Assembly (NCBI GenBank): GCA_020891255.1
Contig: BQFW01000002.1
Location: forward strand, 1,736,001 to 1,800,000
Direction: 5' to 3'
From: Entomortierella parvispora E1425
Taxonomy: Eukaryota; Fungi; Mortierellomycota
Length of the DNA: 64,000 nucleotides
The notes beneath the pieces are model-generated. The model saw only the letters and a list, made by a program, of their open reading frames with translations, had not been told where the DNA came from and did not search any database. Below, piece by piece: positions 38,261-49,070 of this stretch. Numbering within the stretch: position 1 is the stretch's first letter; the number at the start of each line of letters is the position of its first letter. A program made the position numbers and the translations under genes.

Positions 38261-38333
38261 GCCCGGCTAGCTCAATCGGTAGAGCGTCAGACTCTTAATC
38301 TGAAGGCTGTGGGTTCGACCCCCACGTTGGGCG
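38261..38333 (+). tRNA. tRNA-Lys(CTT), intronless, 73 nt
   Basis: GCCCGGCTAGCTCAATCGGTAGAGCGTCAGACTCTTAATCTGAAGGCTGTGGGTTCGACCCCCACGTTGGGCG. Anticodon stem TCAGA-CT[CTT]AA-TCTGA, A and B boxes intact, acceptor stem pairs. Confidence 0.97.
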
Positions 38334-38339
38334 CTTCTC

Positions 38340-38349
38340 TTTTGCTTTT
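38340..38349 (+). terminator. Pol III oligo-T terminator (TTTT-GC-TTTT) after the left tRNA; mirrored after the right tRNA
   Basis: Two T4 runs 6-16 nt downstream of the tRNA 3' end, conserved in both arms. Confidence 0.65.
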
Positions 38350-40458
38350 GCTTCTCCGGGCTTCCCCGTCATCTTCTCCTCGAGAGATCTATCCGCCGAC
38401 CAAGGAGGACTTTTCCTTTTGGGTTCGTTTTTCTGTCGACTCTGCTACCCCCTAACTATCGACCGCCGAACAGTCGATTTCTCTTCTTTTGTCTTTTCAC
38501 CTATATTCCTAGTTCATGTGCACACTCGTCAACTTTTGTCGAAATTTTATCTAGGTTGCCCATTTGTACGCACGCACGCAGATGTGCCAAGGAATAATAC
38601 AAGGAGAAGCTGATGAGTACGATCATGAGGTAAGGTCGGTGGTAATGGAGAGGAGATGTCTGTGGCTAAGAAACAAATCCGTCGGCAGATAGAAGAAGAG
38701 AAGTCGGCGGTTGAGAGGGGGTCGATAGATAAACCACCCAAAAGACCTCCTTGGCTGGTGGAAAACTAACGGACAGACTGAAAGGATGGCATCATACGCA
38801 CCCTCTTCATCTATTCATCTATACACTACATTTTTCTTTTTTTTTTTTTCGCCGACCACAGCTAGCGAACAATGTAGCAGACGAGGGACAAAAAAAAAAA
38901 AAGGCGCCAGGCCTGCAGGAGCGTGCTTACTGTATTTCCTGCGCCGTCTGGATGTCAGCTCGGAGCACAAGTGACGCGCTTCACACACACCACCTACCAG
39001 TAGAGCCCGGTATCTTAAATGCAAGAAGAGTAAGCTATATGTCTTCTTACACGCTAGCTCCTCGCGGATTCTCGCTCCAAACATTCTTCATAGAGGACGT
39101 TTAGGCGGTCGATCTGTATTTACTTTTCTCAAATACCGTGTCGATCTGAGATCCAAATACTCACCGTCGCTGAATCCATTTCTCGGTTGCTCTTGTTGTT
39201 GACTGGTTGCACTGATATCTAGAACATGAACAGCGTTGTTTCCTTCACTTGGCCAAGACCCTCTTTTATTGATAACGGGGCCAGGCGATCTAGGACCTTA
39301 ACTACCATAGGTGAAGTAGTAACCAAGCCCATTCCACACACAACGATACTAGGTCGCAGCAAGGTGTAACTCGTGCTCTTTGTCCTAGGTAGAGAATATA
39401 CAAGATAAGACAATGAGGGCAACGACAGTCGAACGCCCTGATGAAGAACTTTTCTGTTATAGAATTGTGCCTTGTAATTTCGCTGGACATGGCCGACCTG
39501 GCACTTTTTTTTTTTCCATCGTGCCTTGTAACTGGCGAAAGGAGCATGGCTCAAAGCAGTGGCAAGAAAGAATGCTTTGCGAGTTATTTTGCGAATACAC
39601 TGAAAATTGCATGAGTTTGTGATCATCTTGATCTGTCGTTCATGGCAGGAGACGTCGCGCAAGAATACAGGGGGGGTACGTATTTTTTTTGAAAGCCATT
39701 AAATAGTGGCACTGTGTGGTTTTGAAATAGGGCCCTGGGCGTTGTGGACTTGACAGAAGGTGCTTACCACATTTTGTTCCGTGGCCTCATCATACGTTCC
39801 TTGTTTGGATTTTCTATCTGCAGAGAGTAGGTAGAGTAGGTAGGTAGACAGCAGTGCGGTTGCCGCTCATTTGTATTGACGGATTTTTTTTTGTGTGGTA
39901 GATCAGCTCACTTCTATTTTTCCAGGCTAAACAAAACATAACGCCTACACGTTGAATACAAGGGCCGGATCCTTGAGTATCGTGAGCTCGATGTCCTTGT
40001 CGGATCGTTGTTCACGAACTCGATCTTAGTACATACTAGACGCTGTGCTCCTTGTTCGCGTCTCACAATATACGCCGCTGTCTATTTCTATAGCAAATAT
40101 TCACATATAAGATGGCGCCCTCTCCTCCATGTCAGTCAATTCATCTTGATCTTGGTGAGGATAGTTAGTCAAGTGGTTCAGAGAAGACCACATTTCGTTT
40201 CCTCGCTTCCACTATGGTGTTCTGAAACAGATGTTGATTATCATTATTGTTCTCGTATCGACGGCCGAAGATGGAAAAGATGATCATTTTACGATGTTAA
40301 AGCCTTGTGAAAGCGAGAGAGACGAGCGGGAAAAAAAGATAAGAAACTGCTAAGGTAATGTGTGAGAGTATGGGAAGATGGTCCGTGAAAAGAAAAAAAA
40401 AAAAGACGTGACCACCTCAGTTCTTGAGGTGAAGAAGGTGTGCACCAAGAAAGGAGGG

Positions 40459-40739
40459 AGCAAAAGCAAAAGATAAGCGCCCAACGTGGGGGTCGAACCC
40501 ACAGCCTTCAGATTAAGAGTCTGACGCTCTACCGATTGAGCTAGCCGGGCATATATGAAACAATTGTGAACACTTGATTTGATGAAAATTGAATTTCCGA
40601 GACGTCTATAAACCCATTACTGTTTCATCGAGTTACCTTAACTCCGGCGATCCTCAAATGCCCATATATGGAAATAAGTCCTATTTAACGTAATTCTTCC
40701 GAGGCACACCCTTAATGTAATCGACCATATTAGTGGCGT
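40459..40739 (-). repeat. Right arm of the inverted repeat (281 bp)
   Basis: Reverse complement of 38071-38352 at ~98.6% identity; ends 86 bp upstream of the b5 reductase ATG (40826). Confidence 0.97.
40478..40550 (-). tRNA. tRNA-Lys(CTT), identical to the copy at 38261-38333, convergent orientation
   Basis: Exact reverse complement of the left tRNA over all 73 nt. Confidence 0.97.
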
Positions 40740-40825
40740 CGAAGTCTATTATTCATCTCGAAGAAGTTTACCCCATACTGCACCTTCTCTCTCTCACTCT
40801 TCCCCCCCACAATCTAACACACAAA

Positions 40826-42026
40826 ATGTCTGCTGCTGCTACTGTCGCCACCGCCTTGGATCCCACCGCCTTCGTGGACTTCAAGCTCAAGAGTGTTGAG
40901 AAGCTTACTCCCAACACCAGCAAGTTCATCTTTGAGTTGCCCGAGGACCAAGTCCTGGGTATGACTGTCGCTTCCTGCTTGATGACAAAGTTTGTGAACG
41001 AGGAAGGAAAGGCCGTGATCCGCCCTTACACTCCCACCTCTGAGGCTGATGTCAAGGGTTCTTTCGAGTTTGTTGTCAAGAAGTACGATAGTAAGTATCG
41101 CGTTTCATTTTTCTTGGGATCGATTCAAATTAGATCAGGATGATGACAGAAATGATCGAAATGACAAATGAGGAGCCATGAGAATGAATCAGACAATGAG
41201 CATGCACCAACAGACGGTCACTTTACTTTTATTCCTCCATAGCTGGTGTCATGTCTGGCCACATCCACAACCTCAAGGTTGGCGAGACTCTTGCCATCAA
41301 AGGTACGCCAAAAATCTCGCCAAACAGGGGAAAAAGAAAAAAAATAATGACTCTGAATCCATCTCGTTCCTCGACCTGTTTTGTCCCACCATATTTTTCC
41401 GTGTTGACGCGATTTCTCTTTTTTTTTTGCTATCGAATCATTCCAGGCCCCATGACAAAGTACGCGCTCAAGCCCAACCAGCACGAGTCCATCTCGTTGA
41501 TTGCTGGTGGTACTGGCATCGCCCCTATGTTCCAGCTCATTGCCGGTATCCTCCAGAACAAGGATGACAAGACAAAGATCCATTTGATCTTTGGAAACGT
41601 TTCCGCACACGATATTATTCTCAAGGATGAGATCGATGCTTTCGCCAAGGCTCACCCCGAGCAATTCAAGGTCACCTATGTGATCGACAGCGCCTCTGAG
41701 GGTTGGGAGGGCGAGACTGGCTACATCACCGCCGAGATGATCAAGAAGCTCATCCCAGAGATCGGCTCGGCCGGTAACCAGGTCTTTGTTTGCGGTCCTC
41801 CTCGTAAGTTTTTTTTTCTTAAATTTTTTTCTCATTATCGTTTGGAAAGTGGACGGTGGCATGTCATTCTTGAAAACTAATCTCTGTCTCTGTTCTACCA
41901 CGTTGTTTTTCTTTAGCCATGATGGTCGCCGTGAGCGGACCCAAGGGCCCCAACTATACCCAGGGTGAGGTCAGCGGCGCTCTCCAGGAGCTCGGTCTCA
42001 CCATTGAGCAGGTTTACAAGTTCTAA
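40826..42026 (+). CDS. NADH-cytochrome b5 reductase (MCR1-type C-terminus, no N-terminal anchor), 4 exons
   Basis: FAD motif RPYTP, VKKYD|TGVMSGHIH, NADH motif IAGGTGIAPM, FGNVS..DIILK, VCGPP, C-terminal GPKGPNYTQGEVSGALQELG...VYKF*. Confidence 0.93.
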
Positions 42027-42082
42027 GGTGGCGTTTGCCGGAAAACGAGGCTTTTTTTTCTTTTTCCCATAGACTAATAAAT

Positions 42083-44604
42083 CTACATCACAATAGTCTG
42101 GAGTTCATAAAAGAGGATATAACCGTTCCGTGCCCAATCAGACTCCATGTCCATGCTCTGAGCAGAATCGCGTTCAATGGTATGAACCCTTTGACCAGAT
42201 GGATCCAAGTCATCGTGTTTCAACCATCGAGGTTCCTGAAAGGCGAGTGGGTGAACAGACCTTGCTGGCGATGGCGTCGAACCTACCACATCCGCAACAT
42301 AACTTCTGTAGTGACCAGAATCCAATCGAGATCCAACATGACAAACGACGGACTTGAGCTCCAGCATATATTTGACTTTGGGTTGTTGGCAATCCAGGTA
42401 GTCGCTTGTTCCGTTGGTGTCCAGAGGACTGGGCGACCATCCTCTCTTGTCGTCAGATGCATCCGGAAATTGCTTCGAAGGTGAGTATTGGGGTGGTGGA
42501 GTAACAGGGGTACGTGGCGATTCGGCGGCTTGTAGCAATGACATAGAATACTTCCGGTTGGAGGGCGAAACTTGGGTATTGATCTTCATAGCAGAGAAGC
42601 TTTGAGCTGCAGAGGAGGCTCCAGCCGTTGATCTGTCGTCTTTGTTCGATGTTACATCCAGCAGTTGGTCGGGTTCTGATGAGAACTGAGCTGAAAGTGG
42701 CGACAACGAAGAGGCAGAGGCTGAAGAGGCAAATACCGGCGCTGTAGACCCTGATGTTGACGTGGCTAAATTCTGAACAGATCCAGTTGCCGTAACTGCC
42801 GTCTTTGAGTCGAGTTTTGATTCCGTAGTTTGAGGATTCACAAAGCGCGAAAAATCAATACGCCGAGGAATGTCAATTGGAGTTCCTATCCGCCTTGCCC
42901 TTCCGTCTGCTCCAAAAGAATACCGCTTGAGGATCAGAGGCAAAATCACCACATCGGCAGGGTATTGGGACTGACTCGCATGAATGATCCCGCCTTGTTC
43001 ATTCGTAGAGGAGTAAAATGGCAGCAGTTCCAGGACCTGCCAGGCAGACACAGGAACCTCTACGCCCGGCGATAGTGGCGCGCCTGTGCCAGAAGACACA
43101 AGTCGTCGAATTCCCGTCAGAGTGTTATCATAAAAATGTTGGGCCAGCAACTGTTCCAGTGAAAGGATCTCGTTCATGGACGACCCTTGACCAGCAGGGT
43201 CGATCAAAGAAAAACTTAGAGATGATGTAAGCGATGGGGATTTTGAGTGTCCAGGTTCTGGCGTGGGAATGGAAATCTGAAGCATTCTTTCCGTGATCAC
43301 TTTATCATCGTCAGCTGAAACCCTGGCACCGTGGAGAAGTCTCTGTTCCAGCGGTAAATAAGGTAGGTGCAGTTTTTCAGTTAAGAACATGAACAGCTCG
43401 CTCGAGTCCTCCTGTCTGCTGCTTCCTGGAGGATCCATAGGTCCTGGACAATGCCATCCGCAGCTGTAGAGGTGTTGGCGAAGCTCCTTTACAACATGTG
43501 CTTGCACCAACTTTCCTGACCGAAGCTGATTCACAAACATGCGCAGCCAGGTTTGTAGACGGTGGGTGTGTAGTAGATTTTCCTGTCTTTCTTCGTCCCT
43601 TTTTTGCTCTGTAGCATCACCGCTGACGTCGCTGTCACTATCGCTTTCTGCATCCAGATTCACATTCAACAGGCCTTCAAACGCGGACAGCCGGGCGAAC
43701 ATTGCAAACAGCAACGCATCTATGACGAAGGGACATGGTTAGTCAAGAGAAAAACATGAAACCTTAATCCGGATAAAGGTTTTGGTCCCTTCCGCATCGA
43801 TTATTCCATGACAGGTGTTGACATACCGATATAGCAGCTCGTCATCTGATCGTTGACGGCACCACTCAAGAATGCTTCTCCCTGGACCGGAAGTAGTGTT
43901 CCTTCAACAGCTTGCACCAAGTCCTGAGAGTACAGTAGCGTCTGGTCAATGTCCCACTGATATGAACTGAGCAGGTACTCGGCGGTTTCCTCGTCAGCGC
44001 GATGGCCAGCATGCTCAAAATAGGACATCACGCGAAGAAGGAGCACCTGTTGTTCAGGGTCTAGGCTGTTTCCTGACCTCTGTCGTTCTCTTGGAGCCAA
44101 TCCAGATTGGGGTTCAGGAGCACAGAGCTGACTTCCTGCAGAGAGAATAGACGACGATGGTAAAGACGCCGACCGATAGTGCTGTCCACTGCCACCATCC
44201 ATTGAGCTCCGTGGAGGGGCAAGTCCACCTACAAATCCTTGGCTTGCTGTGCCACTGCCGCTTGAAGAGATAGAGTATTTGTGCTTGTGAACGTGGAGAT
44301 AGGACTTGATGTTCTTTATGAGCTTGATGGGGGATCGAGATCGTTTCAAGCCTTCTTTACCCTCTTTGGTTTTCTTGGATTCCTTGTCACTCTTTTCCTT
44401 TTTGATGCGGATTGAAGGGTTACGTCGGAAGAGTGAGGTGTTTGCGGTGCTGCTGTTCTTGGGCGAAGCTGTCACGGTCGCAGGCGGGGTCGTGGGAACA
44501 GCAGTGGCGTGAGTGTGCGTGATGCCAGTAATGGGAGAGGAGGCGGAGGTCGATGGAGCGCCATGCCGGGTCTCCCGCGAAGGCAGTGGCGGTGGAGGGT
44601 TCAT
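42083..44604 (-). CDS. USP/C19-family ubiquitin C-terminal hydrolase (CYLD-like Cys box), 2 exons
   Basis: Cys box NDQMTSCYI|DALLFAMF across the intron at ~43823-43723, QEDSSELFMF, LPLILKRY, His box VVCHVGSRLDSGHYRSY, WLKHDD. Confidence 0.85.
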
Positions 44605-45727
44605 GGGAAATGCGAAGCAAGAATAGGTGAATGGGTGCAAGGAGAAGAGCTTGCTGCGAAAGAGAGGATGTATGAGTGGAGAAGGAGAGGGGATGAAAAG
44701 AATCAAAACACGCGAATGTGACGGTAATGACGGTGAAGAAAGAGGAGCGAGATTCTGCGCCCGTTTCAGTGCGGTGGGGCGCGAAAGTCGAAAATTACGC
44801 AGTTGGAGGTGTGGGGGGTACAGTAACTTTGTTGATCAGGCAGTGCATGTGCTATGGGAAGAACAATGCAATGAAACTGATGCTGTTGAACGCACAGCAG
44901 GGCCGACGCTGTTCATCCTTTTCTCTGCTCTTCTTCCTAGTCCTTTCACGCTGCAGGACTCGATTATCCAACCGACACAACACAACCTTGCCAACCCGTT
45001 TCCTGTTTCTTCTCTTGTGCTCTGAACTTGGCGCTTTGTTGGGCGACAGCCCTGTCTTGTGGCCCTTCTTGCGCCAAAAGATCAAGGCAGAGAGATAGGT
45101 GGCCTGATTGATGCTTGTTGTTGAAGTTGTTGTTGTTGTGGTTCTCTGCTGGTTTTGTCAGCAGCAGGTTTGCATCACAATTCCTTCCCACCATCCGCTT
45201 GCCACCAATTTTGACCTTGGAACAACGTGGCAACGGAAGGAGAGCCAAGGCGCATTCCATGGTTCTTTATCCAGTGGCCATTGCGCCATAACGGCAACGG
45301 GTGAACCCATGCACATGTCTGGATCCCCAAAGCCAGAGATCTTATCAGCAATATTTCACAGGGGCAACACGGACGTACGTTGTGCCGACCTTCAGCCTGG
45401 CGGCTGCAACTGCACAGCCCGTCTTCAACCCCCTTCGTTGATGGGTGAACATTGTCCCCTTATTTTTTCTGTGTCCAACCCATATCATCCTTTCTTCCTT
45501 TCTTCATTCACTTCGTCCTTCCAGTTGAATTGTTCCTCGACCATTCCCTCATCCTTTCTTTCTTTGTTCTTACTTCCCTCTTCCGTCCTCCTCTTCTCAT
45601 TGCTTCTTTGTTTTTCCAGTAGGTACGGACCAACGTACTTCGCTTTCTTGACATTGCGGTTTTACCCGACCTTCTTCTCATTCTGTTCCAACTGTCTGTA
45701 GCACATCTTCATACCATCCCAAACGCA

Positions 45728-47162
45728 ATGGCTTCCCGAAAGAAGGTCCTCTTGAAGGTAAGTTGACACTCATGAATGCATTAGCTAATACGCATTGAAG
45801 TTCATTCCTCACAAAGTCTTTGCGCTTATTGCGCACCTACAGTTCTTCGGACTTGCAAATTAACGCCGTCGCTTCTTCTTCTACTAGGTCATCATCCTCG
45901 GAGAGAGTGGGTGAGTAAGCAGGATCATATGGATAACATACAGAGGTGCAATGGCGTTGTGAAGTGATCTTGATCTCTGGACCGTCTGGAGCATCTGGAC
46001 CATCTGAACCCTGTCTTTTGAACGACCCGTGCAACAACACACGTTGCAGTTTTGACATCTCTTTTGGCTCCTGAAAATAGTCACATGGCAAACTCACCAG
46101 CATCGACTCCTTTACTTTTTGTTTCCTGTGTGTGCATGGATGATTCAAATAGAGTGGGAAAGACTTCCCTGATGAACCAGTATGTGAACAAGAAGTTCAG
46201 CAACCAATACAAGGCCACCATCGGGGCCGATTTTTTGACCAAGGAGGTTCTCGTTGAGGATCGCTTGGTGACTATGCAGGTAAGGGCGCTCTTGCCTGAG
46301 GAGATCTCTCGAATCTCTCTCTTTTTCTTTTTGTATCGCGTCATGTTCTGGTCACACGGCTGCAATAATCTGTCCTTTTCCCTCAGAAATGAGGTTTCGC
46401 GATTTAACAGATTTTTTTTTTTGTTTTTTTTTTTTGTTTTTTGCTATTCATTTTATGTGCTAGATCTGGGACACTGCTGGGCAGGAGCGGTTCCAATCAT
46501 TGGGGGTTGCATTTTATCGCGGAGCAGATTGCTGCGTGTTGGTTTATGATGTGAACAATGCAAAGAGCTTCGAGACTCTGGAGAGCTGGAGAGATGAATT
46601 TTTAATTCAGGCGTCACCTCGTGGACCAGAAAACTTTCCTTTTGTTGTTATTGGAAACAAGATCGATATGGAAGAGTCCAAGCGTATGGTAGGCAGAGAC
46701 AAGTGTTTGATCTGTGTGGGCTATCTTTGCCGGGTTGGATGTGTGGGAAACAACCAATTGATCACTTACTGTTTTTGATCCCTGTATATAGATTTCTCAA
46801 AAGAGAGCTATGGCATGGTGCCAATCCAAGGGCAATATTCCGTAAGTCAGCTCCTTTCCGTGCTTTTGCATGACTTGGACGCGTTTTACTGACGAATATA
46901 TAAATATCTCGATTGGTAACAGATACTTTGAGACCTCGGCAAAGGAGGCTATCAATGTCGAGCAGGCGTTCCAGACCATCGCCAAGAACGCGTTGCAGCA
47001 GGAGGTTGAGGTGGACATGTAAGGGGAGGGGGACTTCATATCTTGTGCCGTGATTGTTCATTTTGAGTGGTTTCTGACTTTGCCTTTGCCCTGAATAGTG
47101 ATTTTCCCGACCCTATCAAAATCGACAGTGACACATCCAAGGATTACGGATGTGCTTGCTAG
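45728..47162 (+). CDS. YPT7: Rab7/Ypt7 small GTPase, 7 exons
   Basis: [10 protein letters not shown]|VIILGESG|[61 protein letters not shown]-terminal prenylation motif CAC*. Confidence 0.97.
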
Positions 47163-49070
47163 GATAGCGTCCTTTTTTGACCAAAAGAGTTTGATACCTT
47201 CATGATCACTCACTATTCGCCCTCCCCCTGGAGCATCGCCCCTTACTTTTCTTCAGCTTGTCACCAGCTTCGCCATGGAAGAAATGTGTCTCATTCCACC
47301 ATCTACAAATGAGGATCGATCAAGCGAAAGATATCCATACCAGTATTTTTTTTTTTGTTCTTCATAAACAACCATTTTTTTTTCTGAACGTGGAATATCG
47401 TTTTTCTAGTGCGCTTTTAGAAGACGGGACACAATGTCAAGGATCATTCGTGTCCACAAGGTCTACGCGATTCAGGAAGGATGTCAAGCTTGTGAACAGA
47501 CGGAGAATCGGGAATCGTCTTGGCCTGGAGCGCTCTGGACCGTACCTAGAACGTCCATTTTGGAGGCGCAATGGATGGGTTCCGCAAGTCGGGCGAGTGT
47601 TACTCACTGTTGCCGAGACTAACCCGGCTCAGAACATGGAAGGGGACAGAAAAAAGCAGAAATGCAAAAAAAAACAGATGCGAGATGACGCATCAAACAG
47701 CCGACCGCGAGCCAGACATAGAACAAAAGAGTCGGAGCAGGGGGGAGAGCTGGTTAGGTGGGTATCAACAACACAACACCAACAAGATTATAATAGCGAA
47801 CGCTGCTAAGGGGAATCAGTTCCATTCGAGGACAGTCAAGAATTACATATTAGACTGCGCCGAAGCCAATGTTTCCCATGACCCGACCTGGTTACCTTGG
47901 CTGTCGCGAGGGGTTAACGAATCAACCTTCTGGGTGATGTGAAGTGAAAAGGTGAAAAAAAAAAATAATCGATGACGGCATCGGAGCCGATCACAAAACG
48001 GACGCGTCCAGTCGAGAGCCAAGGGGGAAAAGAAGGAGTGTGGTGACGATGGTGGTGGTGATGGTGGTGGTGGCAAAGGAAGCAAGGGCGCAGGCAAAAA
48101 ATAGAACTGGGCCAGGAGGAGAGCAGAGCATGGAAAGAAGGAAAAGACGCGTCCCTGTTGGCAGTCGCTGACGAGTGCGCTCAACGAAAAAGTAAGAAAT
48201 GTGATGAGGACAAGGCATGATGTCATGGAAGGTCGTACAACGGGGACCCCCTTGTGTCGCGTCTGAGTGTGGCAAGAAGTTGACATGCTCCTCTGGGGTG
48301 ACTCTCGAGCAGAGGTAAGGGAATGAAGACAAGGGCACCCAAGGACGGCAAGGGAGCACAACGAAAAGGATGATTTTAAAGCGAGAGAACAATGAACAAG
48401 CCAGCAGGAAGGCATTGCTGCCGAAGAGAGACTGCAGGACAGACTAGCGTGGATGGGTGGATGGATGCAACTCTCTCGCTCCCAGGGAGGGAATTTCACT
48501 GCGTGTGTCCGTCGCTGCGTGTATGTCCGTCCATCGGTCTTGCCTTGTCTGCGCGCTGTTCTGTCTGTCGCACCCCATCCTCTTTCTTTCCCATCCCATC
48601 CTTTTGATTGATCGCTTGATCGTCAGATTGATCGATTCTTTCATTCTTCTTTGTTCATTCATAGCCTTGTTTGCCGTTAGCTTTTTTTTTCTTTCATTCC
48701 TTCTTTTGTTCTTTTGTTCTTTCTTTCTTTCCTCTTTCCATCTCTCATCTCATCTAATCCATCCTTGGCTCTCATTCTCGCCGCGCCTTCTACCTTCTCC
48801 TCCCTTTCTCTTCCTCTCGATCGTTCGCCCCCGTGCTGGTGTGATCGGCTGATCTTTTTATAACCTGCACCAACGGTCATCAAAGGTCCTTTCTCCTTGA
48901 CCAGATTCTTGTCACTTTCCGCATTGCACACCTAGACTTTGTGCATCCTTTCTTTTTTCTATTTTTTATTTCTTCAATCCTTTCATCCGGCGGATGGTGT
49001 ATGTCTGTTCCTGTCCATCCGCTCCTTGACTCTCCCCTCTTCCTTGTCCTCCTTTTCTCTTCTGCCACAC

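Larger units (their letters stand above)
38071..38352 (+). repeat. Left arm of a 282-bp inverted repeat (partner 40459-40739)
   Basis: Base-by-base comparison with the reverse complement of 40459-40739 shows 3 substitutions (38078, 38221, 38337) and one 1-bp indel (38083/84). Confidence 0.97.

Noticed and set aside
38353-40458. Autonomous DNA transposon between the inverted repeats
   Set aside because: No long ORF, DDE/DDD motif or target-site duplication was found. It remains possible only as a non-autonomous element.
45924-46150. C/D-box snoRNA in Rab7 intron 2
   Set aside because: A CTGA is present, but there is no convincing RTGATGA C box or terminal stem at a suitable distance.
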